A program made the position numbers and the translations under genes. DNA of 64,000 bases from contig CAXXGY010000003.1 in the NCBI GenBank assembly GCA_963667445.2, positions 7,183 through 71,182 of the forward strand, in the 5' to 3' direction. The notes beneath the pieces are model-generated. The model was not told the DNA's origin, ran no database searches, and saw only the letters and a list, made by a program, of their open reading frames with translations. Numbering within the stretch: position 1 is the stretch's first letter; each line of letters begins with the position of its first letter. Of the stretch, positions 53,113 through 62,407 are shown piece after piece. This DNA comes from Dehalococcoidia bacterium. GTDB taxonomy: Bacteria > Chloroflexota > Dehalococcoidia > Lucifugimonadales > CATOSD01.

Positions 53113-53225
53113 CTCTCGTCCCAGTACCCGTTTGACAACGCGCGCCCGCGAAAATAGACTCGGTTCGCCGTGCCCCCTTTGGAGGGCGCCCGCAACGTCG
53201 CCCTGCCATTGGAGGCTGTTTCGGC

Positions 53226-54434
53226 TTGGAAGCTCTCTCGAACGTGCGAGTCCTCGACTTCACCCACTACGTCGCCGGCCCCTACTGCACAAAGCTGATG
53301 GCCGACTACGGCGCGGACGTGCTGAAGGTCGAGCGCCCCAGGACGGGCGACCCGGCGCGGCGGCTTGGGCCGTTTCCCGACGACGAGTCGCACCCGGAAC
53401 GCAGCGGCCTCTTCCTGCACCTCAACACCAACAAGCGCAGCGTCACGCTGGACCTGAAGACCGGGGCCGGCGCTGAAATCGCCCGCAGGCTGGCCGCGAC
53501 TGCCGACGTGGTGGTCGAAAACTTCCGCCCCGGCGTGATGGCGCGGCTCGGACTGGGCTACGATTCGCTGGTGGAGTCCAATCCCCGCCTGGTGATGGTG
53601 TCCATTTCGAACTTCGGGCAGGACGGGCCGTACCGCGACTGGCGAGGCTCGGACGCCATCTTCTACGCGATGGGCGGCGAGATGTACTCGACCGGCCTCG
53701 AAGAGCGCGAGCCGCTGAAGATGGCCGACGACGTGGTGCTGTACCAGGCGGGCGCGGTCGGCGCGGTGGCGGCCATGGGCGCGCTGTTCGCCGCGCGCCG
53801 CACCGGCGAGCCTCAGCACGTCGACGTCTCCATCTTCGAGACGCAGGCCGGATCGATAGACCGGCGGATGAGCACCCTCATCGCCTACCAGTACACCGGC
53901 GGCACAAGCGGCAGGCGTCCGATGGAGAGCACCGGCGGCTACCCGCAGGGCGTGTTTCCATGCAAGGACGGCTACGTGGAGATAACCGGCGGCGGCATAT
54001 ACTTCCCCCGCTCGGTCAAGATGCTCGGCGAACCCGACTTCCTCGCGGAGGAGCGCTGGCACGCGCCGGGCGCGCAACAGGACCCCGACCTGAAGGCCGA
54101 GTTCGAGGAGTTCTTTTATCCCTGGGTGCTGTCGCGCACCAAGCGGGAGGTCTGGGCCGAGGCGCAGGCTGCCCGCGTGCTGAGCGCGCCTATCAACGCC
54201 ATGGAGGACCTGCACGCCGATCCGGTGTTCGCGGAGCGCGGCGTCTTCGCCGAGGCCGACCACCCGTCCGCGGGCCGTCTGCGCTATCCCGGCCGGCCCT
54301 TCGTCATGGAGCGGACGCCTTGGTCGGTGCGCCGCCCCGCCCCGCTGCTGGGCCAGCATACCCTGGAGATGCTCGAGGAGCTTGGTTACACAGCCGCGGA
54401 CGCCGCGGGGCTGAGAGACGACGGCGTTGTCTGA
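53226..54434 (+). CDS. Family III CoA-transferase (CaiB/BaiF type), copy 1
   Basis: TTG start. VRVLDFTHYVAGPYCTKLMADYGADVLKVE and ENFRPG. Confidence 0.88.
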   Translation: MEALSNVRVLDFTHYVAGPYCTKLMADYGADVLKVERPRTGDPARRLGPFPDDESHPERSGLFLHLNTNKRSVTLDLKTGAGAEIARRLAATADVVVENFRPGVMARLGLGYDSLVESNPRLVMVSISNFGQDGPYRDWRGSDAIFYAMGGEMYSTGLEEREPLKMADDVVLYQAGAVGAVAAMGALFAARRTGEPQHVDVSIFETQAGSIDRRMSTLIAYQYTGGTSGRRPMESTGGYPQGVFPCKDGYVEITGGGIYFPRSVKMLGEPDFLAEERWHAPGAQQDPDLKAEFEEFFYPWVLSRTKREVWAEAQAARVLSAPINAMEDLHADPVFAERGVFAEADHPSAGRLRYPGRPFVMERTPWSVRRPAPLLGQHTLEMLEELGYTAADAAGLRDDGVV

Positions 54435-55758
54435 GAATGCTGGCGCGGGACCGCGCAGAGGGCCTTTGCCGCTGGAGGGCGTCCGCGTGCTGGACCTGAC
54501 CATCGTGTGGGCGGGGCCGTACTGCACGTCGTTCCTGGCGGACATGGGGGCTGAGGTCATCCGCATCGAGTCCACGCAGACGTTCCCGCCCGCGCCCACA
54601 CGCGGCGCTCGGGCGCGGCCAAGCCAGCAGGAGCTGGACCACAGCCCCTACTACCTTGCCGGCCTGCCCGGCGGCGTGCCCGGAGATCGGCCGTGGAACC
54701 GCACTCCCCTCTTCAACGCCCACGCCCGCAACAAGCTGAGCATGACCGTCGACCTGCTGCGGCCCGAGGGCCAGGAGGTTCTGGACAGGCTGGTCGAGGT
54801 GAGCGACGTGTTCGTGGAGAACAACCCTACCCGCACGATGGAGCGGCTGTCCATCTCCTACGATCGCTTCCGGGCGATCAACCCGCGTATCATCATGATG
54901 AGAATGCCCGCCTACGGCAACACCGGCCCCTACCGCGACTACCGCGGCTTCGGGCTGCACATGGACAGCGTGGTCGGCCACACCGCGCTGAGGGGCTACG
55001 CGGACATGGATGCCTCTACGGTGACGCCGGTGCTGGTGTGCGACGCGGCGGGCGGCACCCACGGCGCCTTCGCGGTGCTGGCCGCCCTGAACCACCGCGA
55101 GCATACCGGCGAGGGCCAGCTAATCGAGTTGCCGCAGGCCGAGGCGTTCATTCCCATGCTGGGTTCCCACTTCATGGACTACTCCATGAACGGCCGCAAC
55201 GGGGGCACGCGCGGCAACAGGCATCCCCACGCAATCCAGGGCTGCTACCCGTGCAAGGGCGACGATCGCTGGGTCGTCATCACGCTGTACGACGAAGCCG
55301 ACTGGCGATGTCTACGCGCTGCTATGGGCGAGCCCGCGTGGACGCGCGACTCGGCGTTCGCCGACCACGAGTCGCGGCTGCGCAACCAGGACACGCTCGA
55401 CGCCCGCATCGCGGAGTGGACTTCCGGGCTTGGTCACACCGAAGTCATGCGGATGTTGCAGTCCGCCGGAGTCGCCGCGGGCGCGGTGCTGGACCAGGCG
55501 GACGCCTACGCCGATCCCCAGCTACGCGAGCGCGGCTTCTTCCAGGAGGCGCACCAGGAGGATACTGGCACGCACCTGTACCCCGGCGCGCCCTACAGGC
55601 TGTCGGGCGAGTCGCCCCGGTTCCGGCGGGGGCCGGTGCGGCTGGGCGAGGACAACGAGTACGTGTACAAGCGCCTGCTTGGGTTCTCGGACGAAGAGTA
55701 CGCCCGCTTCGAGGCGGACGGGCACGTCGGCATGGACTACGACGAGCGCATAGAGTGA
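54427..55758 (+). CDS. Family III CoA-transferase, copy 2
   Basis: VRVLDLTIVWAGPYCTSFLADMGAEVIRIE. It overlaps the previous gene by 8 nt. Confidence 0.88.
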   Translation: MSENAGAGPRRGPLPLEGVRVLDLTIVWAGPYCTSFLADMGAEVIRIESTQTFPPAPTRGARARPSQQELDHSPYYLAGLPGGVPGDRPWNRTPLFNAHARNKLSMTVDLLRPEGQEVLDRLVEVSDVFVENNPTRTMERLSISYDRFRAINPRIIMMRMPAYGNTGPYRDYRGFGLHMDSVVGHTALRGYADMDASTVTPVLVCDAAGGTHGAFAVLAALNHREHTGEGQLIELPQAEAFIPMLGSHFMDYSMNGRNGGTRGNRHPHAIQGCYPCKGDDRWVVITLYDEADWRCLRAAMGEPAWTRDSAFADHESRLRNQDTLDARIAEWTSGLGHTEVMRMLQSAGVAAGAVLDQADAYADPQLRERGFFQEAHQEDTGTHLYPGAPYRLSGESPRFRRGPVRLGEDNEYVYKRLLGFSDEEYARFEADGHVGMDYDERIE

Positions 55759-55765
55759 GGACAGC

Positions 55766-56998
55766 GTGAGCTCAGCCCACACACCGAGCGAAGGCGGCCT
55801 GCCCTCGCTGCTCATATCCATAGAGGACGGCGTAATCGACCTGGGTTGGGGTCATCCGTCGGAGGCGCTGCACCCCCTCGCGGACGTGCGGCGCGCCGCC
55901 GAGTTCGTGCTGGGCGGCGAGTCCGTCGCGGCGCTCCAGTACGGCGCCGTGCAAGGCTACGGGCCGCTGCTCGAGTCTCTGGCCGCCTTCCTGTCGAGCC
56001 AGCCCGCCTACGGCATGACGGTGCGGCCGGAGAACCTGTTCCTGACGAGCGGGGCCTCCCAGGGGCTGGACATGGCCAGCACGCTGTTCACCCAGACGGG
56101 AGACACGATCTACGTCGAGGAGCCGACCTACCACCTGGCGCACGGCATCTTTCGCGACCACCGCCTGAACGTTGTCGGCGTCGCCACCGATGCTCACGGC
56201 ATGAGGATGGACGCGCTGGAGGAGCAGCTAACCAAAACGGAAAGTGTGAAACCGGCGGCTTTGTACGTCATCCCCACGTATCAGAATCCCACGGGCCGCG
56301 TGCTGCCCGAGGACCGGCGGCGCAGGCTCGTGGAACTGGCGGACGAGCACGGATTCTTCGTGTTCGCCGACGAGGTGTACCAACTGCTGCACGCCGCGTC
56401 CCCGCCGCCTCCGCCCCTCGCCGCCTTTGACGACACGCCGCATGGCCGAGTGGTGTCGTTCGGGTCGTTCTCCAAGATACTGTCGCCGGGACTGCGCGCG
56501 GGCTGGGTGCAGGCGCGGCCGGCGCTGGCGGCGCGGTTCACCGACTCCGGATTCGCCTTCAGCGGCGGCGGGATAAGCCACTTCGCGTCCAACATCGCCC
56601 ACGCCACCATCGCGCTCGGCCTGCTGGCTGAGAACATAGCGCGGCTTCGCGCGACCTACGCCGAGCGCATCCGCGCGGTGGACGCCGCGCTGCGCGAGTT
56701 GCTCGCGGGGCGGTGCGACTACGCCACGCCGGCGGGCGGCTACTTCTTCTGGCTGGACCTGGGCGAGGGCGTGGACACGGAGGCACTGCTGCCCTACGCG
56801 CAGCGGGCGGGCGTGTCGTACCTTCCGGGCAGGCTGTTCTCGGTGGACGGCGCGCCCTCGAGCTGCCTCCGCATCAGCTTCGCGCTCTACGACTCCGACG
56901 GCCTGCGAGAAGGCGTTCGCCGGCTGGCCGAGGCGCTCGACGCCTACATCGCGGAGCGCAACGCCGGCTCTGACAGCGAGGGGCGCCATAGCCGGTAA
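55766..56998 (+). CDS. PLP-dependent aminotransferase, class I/II (2-aminoadipate/MocR-like fold)
   Basis: 410 aa. YGAVQGYGPL ... PTYQNPTG ... SFSKILSPGLRAGW (PLP Lys). Confidence 0.8.
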   Translation: MSSAHTPSEGGLPSLLISIEDGVIDLGWGHPSEALHPLADVRRAAEFVLGGESVAALQYGAVQGYGPLLESLAAFLSSQPAYGMTVRPENLFLTSGASQGLDMASTLFTQTGDTIYVEEPTYHLAHGIFRDHRLNVVGVATDAHGMRMDALEEQLTKTESVKPAALYVIPTYQNPTGRVLPEDRRRRLVELADEHGFFVFADEVYQLLHAASPPPPPLAAFDDTPHGRVVSFGSFSKILSPGLRAGWVQARPALAARFTDSGFAFSGGGISHFASNIAHATIALGLLAENIARLRATYAERIRAVDAALRELLAGRCDYATPAGGYFFWLDLGEGVDTEALLPYAQRAGVSYLPGRLFSVDGAPSSCLRISFALYDSDGLREGVRRLAEALDAYIAERNAGSDSEGRHSR

Positions 56999-57071
56999 AG
57001 ACGCCAGTCTTCCCTGCCCCGGCGACGCGGACGGCCTGGTCCTGCGGCCCGGCTCGGCGCTGTTCCGCGAC

Positions 57072-57881
57072 GTGGAGCGCCTCGCGCTCAACGCACGGAT
57101 CGCGGTATTGTGCGGCATCCCCGGAACGGGCAAGAGCCTGATGCTGGGGCAGCTTGCGCGGCTCGCGCACGCGGCGGGCCGGCCGGTCCACCTGCTGCAA
57201 TGGGACGTGGCGCGGCTGGCGTTCGAGACGCCCGATGTCCTCTCCCGATTCCCGGAGGTGGACGGCGTGACACATGCGGTCATCCGGCACGCCGCCAGTG
57301 TGTGGGCGCGGCGGGCCGCTACGGAGTGGCGTAGGAGACATATCAACGACGATTGCCTGCTTGCCGTCGAGGCGCCGCTGGTAGGGGGCCGGTTCGCCGA
57401 GTTGACAATGCCCCGCGGAGGCGGGCCAAAGGATGAGATGAGCGCGCCGGACATACGGTTCGCGGTGGTCGTGCCATCGGTTGGGGTGCGGCGCGAAATC
57501 GAGCGCGCTCGCGGGCGCACGTCAGCGTCGCCGGGCCACGAGCGCGAAGCCGCCGACGCCGCGCCGCGGGTCGTGAGCGGGCTGTGGGCCGAGGTGCTGC
57601 GTGCCGCGAGGGAGCTGGGCGTCGCCACTTCCGGCGAAGGCTACGACCCGCGCATCTACCGCCGCGTGTACGCGCGCGCCCTCCGGCTTCGCAATGCCGA
57701 CGTCCTGCGGCTCGACGAGGTGCTGCCCACTGGCGGCCGGTCGGCCCACGACATCGGATTCTGGGTCAAGCGGCTGCGGCCAGGCCGGCAGGACGCCGAG
57801 GACCTGGTGAGCCAGGTGGCCCAGGTATACGAGAACCCGGCCGACCTGGACGAGCACATGGATCGCTGGTTCCTGCGGTGA
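57072..57881 (+). CDS. P-loop NTPase-like hypothetical protein
   Basis: 269 aa, GTG start. Walker A CGIPGTGKS and a possible Walker B LLAVEAP. I cannot assign a family. Confidence 0.5.
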   Translation: MERLALNARIAVLCGIPGTGKSLMLGQLARLAHAAGRPVHLLQWDVARLAFETPDVLSRFPEVDGVTHAVIRHAASVWARRAATEWRRRHINDDCLLAVEAPLVGGRFAELTMPRGGGPKDEMSAPDIRFAVVVPSVGVRREIERARGRTSASPGHEREAADAAPRVVSGLWAEVLRAARELGVATSGEGYDPRIYRRVYARALRLRNADVLRLDEVLPTGGRSAHDIGFWVKRLRPGRQDAEDLVSQVAQVYENPADLDEHMDRWFLR

Positions 57882-57896
57882 GTGGGCGTGCGAGTT

Positions 57897-57959
57897 CACC
57901 CCCATCCTAACCCGTTCGGCAAGCTCAGGGCAGGCTCTTCCCCCTGCGAGGGGGAAGAG
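57897..57959 (-). repeat. REP-A composite, reverse orientation
   Basis: CACCCCCATCCTAACCCGTTCGGCAAGCTCAGGGCAGGCTCTTCCCCCTGCGAGGGGGAAGAG. Confidence 0.9.
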
Positions 57960-57975
57960 CCTGCAAGGCGTTCCG

Positions 57976-58488
57976 CTAGGGCAAGACCTTGTACGCCACG
58001 CACTCGACCAGCTCGATGGTGATGGACTTCTGGGCGAGGCCAGTGGTGCCGATGACGGCTCGGCAGGGCGGGTTGGGGATGAAATCACGGTAGATGTGGT
58101 TGAACAGCGGCCAGTTGTCCATGTCCGTGAGGAACACGACCAGCGTGACGACGCGGTGGAAGTCGGTCCCCGCGGCGTGCAGCGAGGTCTGGATGTGACG
58201 GAAGGCGGCGCGGTACTGCTCCTCGTCGGTGTCGCCCACCACCACGCCGTCGAACCCCGACGACGTGGTGCCTCGGCAGAGGACGCGCACCGCGCGGAGC
58301 TTGAGCATCCGGGTCAGGTCCTCCTCGAAGTAGTCGCAGTACAGGCCGGTGCGGTAGGATACCTCGTCCGTGGCCTCGCTGCGCCCGTCGGCGATTACCA
58401 GGTCCAGCAGCGCGTCGCGCTCCTCGAACGGCAGCGCCTGCGCCTGCTCGATGGTCATCCCGTCCAGGTCCTTCAACGTCAATGCCAT
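57976..58488 (-). CDS. RidA/YjgF-like protein with an N-terminal extension
   Basis: 170 aa from ATG 58486-58488. The C-terminal half HRVVTLVVFLTDMDNWPLFNHIYRDFIPNPPCRAVIGTTGLAQKSITIELVECVA is the RidA pattern. Confidence 0.7.
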   Translation of the reverse strand: MALTLKDLDGMTIEQAQALPFEERDALLDLVIADGRSEATDEVSYRTGLYCDYFEEDLTRMLKLRAVRVLCRGTTSSGFDGVVVGDTDEEQYRAAFRHIQTSLHAAGTDFHRVVTLVVFLTDMDNWPLFNHIYRDFIPNPPCRAVIGTTGLAQKSITIELVECVAYKVLP

Positions 58489-58496
58489 GTAACGCC

Positions 58497-58535
58497 CCCT
58501 CACCCTAACCCTCTCCCACAATGGGGAGAGGGGAC
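58497..58535 (-). repeat. REP-V element, reverse orientation
   Basis: CCCTCACCCTAACCCTCTCCCACAATGGGGAGAGGGGAC. Confidence 0.8.
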
Positions 58536-58558
58536 TTTGGAAAGGTCCTCGACCTACC

Positions 58559-59761
58559 CTACCCTGCCCCCAGGTTGATTACCCCGTCGCGCTCCAGGTC
58601 GGCGATGTCCGACTCGCTGAGGCCGATCGCCGAGCGCAGGACCTCGGCGGTGTGCTCGCCTAGCAGCGGCGGATGGCTCGCGGGCGCGGCGGGACTTTGG
58701 CTCGCGTGGCGCAGCGGATTGGCGATGAGCGACAGGTTTCCCAGCGTCGGGTGGGCCACGTCCCAGAGCACGCCCCGGGCGTCGGACTGCGGGTCGCGCA
58801 TCACCTCCGGCACGTCGTAGATGGGCGACGCGGGCACGGTGGCGCATTCGAGCGTCCGCAGCAGCTCCTCGCGGCGCCAGCCGGCGAATTCGGCGCTGAG
58901 CGCAGCCACAACCTCGTCGCGGTGGGCCACGCGGCCCGCGTTGGTCTTGAGCCGGTCGTCCTGTGCCAGTTCGGGCAGGCCGACGGCCTGAGCCATCCTC
59001 ACGAACTGGGCGTCGTTGCCAACCGCCAGCATGAAGTAGCCGTCCGACGCCTCGAACGCCTGGTACGGCACAATCTGGGCGTGCGCGGTGCCCAATCTCG
59101 GCGGGGTGACGCCGTCGGCGAGGTAGCTCTGGGCCAGGTTGACCATGGCCATGATACCCACGTCGAACAGCGACAGGTCCAGGTGCTTGCCTCGCCCGGT
59201 GCGGGCGCGCTCGTGCAGCGCGCTGAGGACGCCGATGGCGGTGGTCAGGCCGGTCATCAGGTCAACCACCGCGACGCCGACGCGCATCGGCGGGCCGTCG
59301 GGGGCGCCGGTCACGCTCATCAGGCCGGTCATGCCCTGGAGAACGGCGTCGTAGCCGGGCTCGGAGGCGCGGGGGCCGGTCTGGCCGAAGCCGGTGACGG
59401 AGGCGTAGACGAGGCCGGGGTTCGACTTGGAGAGGCTGGCGTAGTCCAGGCCGTAGCGGGCGAGGTCACCGACCTTGAAGTTCTCGACCAGCACGTCCGC
59501 CTTGCGGGCGAGTCCGCGCACTAGCTCCTGTCCACGCTCATCCTTCAGGTTGACCGCGACGCTCTTCTTGCCCCGGTTGGTGGACAGGTAGTAGGCGCTC
59601 TCGCCCTCCACGAACGGCGGGCCCCAGCGCCGGGTGTCGTCACCCCAGGGGGACTCGACCTTCCACACGGTGGCTCCCAGGTCCGAGAGCATCTGCGTGC
59701 AGAAGGGGCCCGCGAGTATGCGGGAGAGGTCGAGAACCGTTATGTCGTCAAGCGCGCCCAT
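58559..59761 (-). CDS. Family III CoA-transferase, copy 3
   Basis: 400 aa from ATG 59759-59761. ITVLDLSRILAGPFCTQMLSDLGATVWKVE and ENFKVG. Confidence 0.88.
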   Translation of the reverse strand: MGALDDITVLDLSRILAGPFCTQMLSDLGATVWKVESPWGDDTRRWGPPFVEGESAYYLSTNRGKKSVAVNLKDERGQELVRGLARKADVLVENFKVGDLARYGLDYASLSKSNPGLVYASVTGFGQTGPRASEPGYDAVLQGMTGLMSVTGAPDGPPMRVGVAVVDLMTGLTTAIGVLSALHERARTGRGKHLDLSLFDVGIMAMVNLAQSYLADGVTPPRLGTAHAQIVPYQAFEASDGYFMLAVGNDAQFVRMAQAVGLPELAQDDRLKTNAGRVAHRDEVVAALSAEFAGWRREELLRTLECATVPASPIYDVPEVMRDPQSDARGVLWDVAHPTLGNLSLIANPLRHASQSPAAPASHPPLLGEHTAEVLRSAIGLSESDIADLERDGVINLGAG

Positions 59762-59794
59762 TGCTACGACCTCGAGGGGATTGGTCTGGTTGGT

Positions 59795-59870
59795 TGGCGC
59801 GCCTGAAGGGATTCGAACCCCCAACCCTCGGTTCCGAAGACCGATGCTCTGTCCGTTGAGCTACAGGCGC
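59795..59870 (-). tRNA. tRNA-Arg (anticodon TCG)
   Basis: The reverse complement GCGCCTGTAGCTCAACGGACAGAGCATCGGTCTTCGGAACCGAGGGTTGGGGGTTCGAATCCCTTCAGGCGCGCCA forms a cloverleaf. The anticodon loop is CTTCGGA. Confidence 0.88.
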
Positions 59871-59886
59871 GCGCCGCTTGTGTGGT

Positions 59887-61053
59887 TCACTTGGCGAGCT
59901 TGGCGGTGGCCGATTCGCCGACGATGCGCAGGTAGTTGCGCGAGCCGGTCGCTCGCAGCCCGCCATCTCCGGCGATTTCGAGGTCGCCGGACTCGTGCAG
60001 CAGCTCCAGGTGGGCCACGGCTTCCGTCATCGCCAGGTGGTACACCGGGCTTTCCGGCGTCTGCCTCGGGAACAGGGCGCGCGTTACTTCGGTGAGCGTG
60101 CCGCCCTTCCCGTCGATGACGTCCAGCGCAAGCTCCAGGCGCTCGGCGTGGTGCTCGATTATCTCGCCTATGCGCCCGACGTCGGCGAAGTTGAAGCGTC
60201 CCTTGTTGAAGAGCCGGTGGGCCGGTAGCACCTGGACCTCGCGGCCAAGCTCCTCCACGACGCGCAGGGACCGGATGTAGGTCTCCAGGCCGTACAGCGC
60301 GTCGGCGTCGGTGTACTCCGGCGCGAGCGCCTGCGCGACCTCTTCGGAGAAGCGCACCCTGCACGTGGGGTGGGGCGTTATCTCCGGCAGCACGTGGTCG
60401 CCGGTGAAGACGACGTTGTCCAACGCGACGCAAAGCTCGTCGGGAGAGTGGCCGGGCGTGTGCATCATCCGCATGTCGCCAACCCGCTCTCCGTCGAGAA
60501 CGCGCCGGTGCACGTGGGCGGCCCTCTTGGATTCGCGGTAGCCGGGTTCGGTGCGCCATGAGAAATCTGAGCCGCGCGAGCGACCGTTGCGGGACGTGAG
60601 AGCGTCCATCTGGGCGGCCAGCGGCGTCTTCATGCCGCGCTGTATCCGCCCGTCGTCGAATGGCAGCGTGCGGGCATAGACCTCGTGCGCCCACAGCTCG
60701 GCGTCGTTCTCGCGCACGAACCGGAAGGCCGCGCCGTCGTGGTCGGAGTGGCCGTGGGTGATGATGACGCGATCGACGTCGCGGGGCGAATAGCCCGCCG
60801 CCTCGATGCCGTCCGCAAGCTCCGAGAGGGTGCCGTGCGCGCCCGCGTCCACGAGGTTCACGCCCTCGCACTCGAACAGGTACGCCCACGTCGGGCCGAG
60901 GCGGTCCTCGATGTCCGGCTGGGGCACGCCGATGGCGAATATCCGGCGGCCCGCCGAAGTCGTGAGTCCGACCACCATGCGGTTACCCCTGGCGTCGCCG
61001 TCGCGCACGACCAGGACATCCTCGTAAGCGTGGGGCATTCGGGCATCCTCCAT
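59887..61053 (-). CDS. MBL-fold metallohydrolase with a C-terminal helical domain
   Basis: ITHGHSDHDG (HxHxDH) and a downstream HTPGHSPDE. The start is ATG 61051-61053 or 61036-61038. Confidence 0.8.
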   Translation of the reverse strand: MEDARMPHAYEDVLVVRDGDARGNRMVVGLTTSAGRRIFAIGVPQPDIEDRLGPTWAYLFECEGVNLVDAGAHGTLSELADGIEAAGYSPRDVDRVIITHGHSDHDGAAFRFVRENDAELWAHEVYARTLPFDDGRIQRGMKTPLAAQMDALTSRNGRSRGSDFSWRTEPGYRESKRAAHVHRRVLDGERVGDMRMMHTPGHSPDELCVALDNVVFTGDHVLPEITPHPTCRVRFSEEVAQALAPEYTDADALYGLETYIRSLRVVEELGREVQVLPAHRLFNKGRFNFADVGRIGEIIEHHAERLELALDVIDGKGGTLTEVTRALFPRQTPESPVYHLAMTEAVAHLELLHESGDLEIAGDGGLRATGSRNYLRIVGESATAKLAK

Positions 61054-61094
61054 TACCGGGATACAGGGCTGAGAAGGCGGCGCCTCAGATGGGA

Positions 61095-61172
61095 TGGGGT
61101 GAGCGAAGGGATTTGAACCCTCGATCTCCAGGGCCACAACCTGGCGCCTTAACCTGCTTGGCCACGCTCACC
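61095..61172 (-). tRNA. tRNA-His (anticodon GTG) with encoded G-1
   Basis: The reverse complement is GGTGAGCGTGGCCAAGCAGGTTAAGGCGCCAGGTTGTGGCCCTGGAGATCGAGGGTTCAAATCCCTTCGCTCACCCCA. The anticodon loop is TTGTGGC, and the extra 5' G pairs with C73. Confidence 0.88.
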
Positions 61173-61305
61173 ATCTGCGCAAGAACGATTCTAGCACCGC
61201 GCCAGTCCGACGGTCAATATCGGCCTCGTCCGCGGGAGTGCACGCTTGCGATGATGTCGTGTCGCGTGTCTGAGTTGGTGTCGGTCATAGGCTGCCCGCC
61301 TGGGC

Positions 61306-61710
61306 TTACCTCAGCAGCGCCACGAAACCCGCTTGCACGAAGTCCCTGTCGTGGGCGAGCGCCTCGATGATGCCACGCTGCTCCATTATGAGGAAGCTGG
61401 CGCAGTCGGTGAGACTCCACGTCTGGTCGGGGCGAGCGGCGTAGCGCTCCACTGCCATCCTGAACTGTGCGTCAGTCTGCGAGATGACTTCCACATATGG
61501 GTTGGTCTCAAGCTCGTGGACCCGTTGCGCCGCGAATGTCCGCCAGAAGTCACCGATCCCAGCCATGCCGTTTAGCGCCTCAGTCAACACCATCTGTGTC
61601 GTTACGACGTGAGTCTCCTCAAAGGAATTGGCAAGTGCCATCGCCTTCATGTGAAGTGCGTCTCTTGGGTTCCACAACGCAATCCAGTAGCCCGCGTCAG
61701 CGAATGCCAC
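61306..61710 (-). CDS. vapC: PIN-domain toxin
   Basis: 134 aa. FADAGYWIAL, TEALNG, LTDCASFLIM and AHDRDF. Confidence 0.78.
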   Translation of the reverse strand: MAFADAGYWIALWNPRDALHMKAMALANSFEETHVVTTQMVLTEALNGMAGIGDFWRTFAAQRVHELETNPYVEVISQTDAQFRMAVERYAARPDQTWSLTDCASFLIMEQRGIIEALAHDRDFVQAGFVALLR

Positions 61711-61715
61711 TCCAG

Positions 61716-62000
61716 TCAGTCCTCTTCCTTAGGGTGGCCGTAGAGGTAGTGTTTCTTGTTCTTCGCGAGGTCGGTGGGAAGACCCTCCCATGCTTCTGGC
61801 GGCATTGTCTTGTGGATCTCTGCGACCCTTTCCGCTATACCCGCCAACCCTCGCTTCGGCCGGGGAGTTTTTTGCGACTGCGACGCTTCCGCAGAGGCGG
61901 CCTCCACCGACACCGTCACTTCCTGGCCCTCTTCCAGGTCGAGCGGCTCCAGCGGCACGAGCGCGCCGTTGGTGTACTTGGCCTTGATGTTGTTTACCAT
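61716..62000 (-). CDS. AF2212/DUF104-like antitoxin
   Basis: 94 aa. N-terminus IKAKYTNGALVPLEPLDLEEGQEVTVSV is the typical DUF104 beta-hairpin motif. The gene lies 5 nt upstream of the PIN gene. Confidence 0.7.
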   Translation of the reverse strand: MVNNIKAKYTNGALVPLEPLDLEEGQEVTVSVEAASAEASQSQKTPRPKRGLAGIAERVAEIHKTMPPEAWEGLPTDLAKNKKHYLYGHPKEED

Positions 62001-62129
62001 GTCCTACCCCTTCGATAGAGCTTCGGGTTCGTCCGAATTATACTCCATGCACACGTCGTGGGTGGCGAGAGTCCACCGGCTTATCCGGCTTCTGCCGGCC
62101 AAACCCAAGCGTTCGACTATCCGGTAGGG

Positions 62130-62392
62130 CAGCGCAGAGGAAAATATCTGTTTCATTCCGTGTTTTCTGTGCTTTTCTGCTTCGGCTCCTAGCTGGGAGT
62201 GTCGGCTATATGCGCCAGTGTGAAACCGCGGAGAAACGGGTTGAAACGCCGAAAGAACAGTGTGTCGCAAGCTCGATGCCGGCTGCCGGAGGGCGCAAGC
62301 CGGGCGGGCATGGTGGCGGGCAAGCGGTGTGAGTGCGTCATGGCAGAAGAATAGCACGGATGTGCGTAGAAATCAAGTGGCCGCACACGGGG
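62130..62392. repeat. Copy 2 of the dispersed repeat of about 230-260 bp
   Basis: See 48790-49050. The minus-frame translations also align (LPSLHNAPTQPTAHHGPPASHLMRGP vs LFFCHDALTPLARHHARPACALRQP). Confidence 0.5.
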
Positions 62393-62407
62393 GAGCCTGT
62401 GTCAGTT

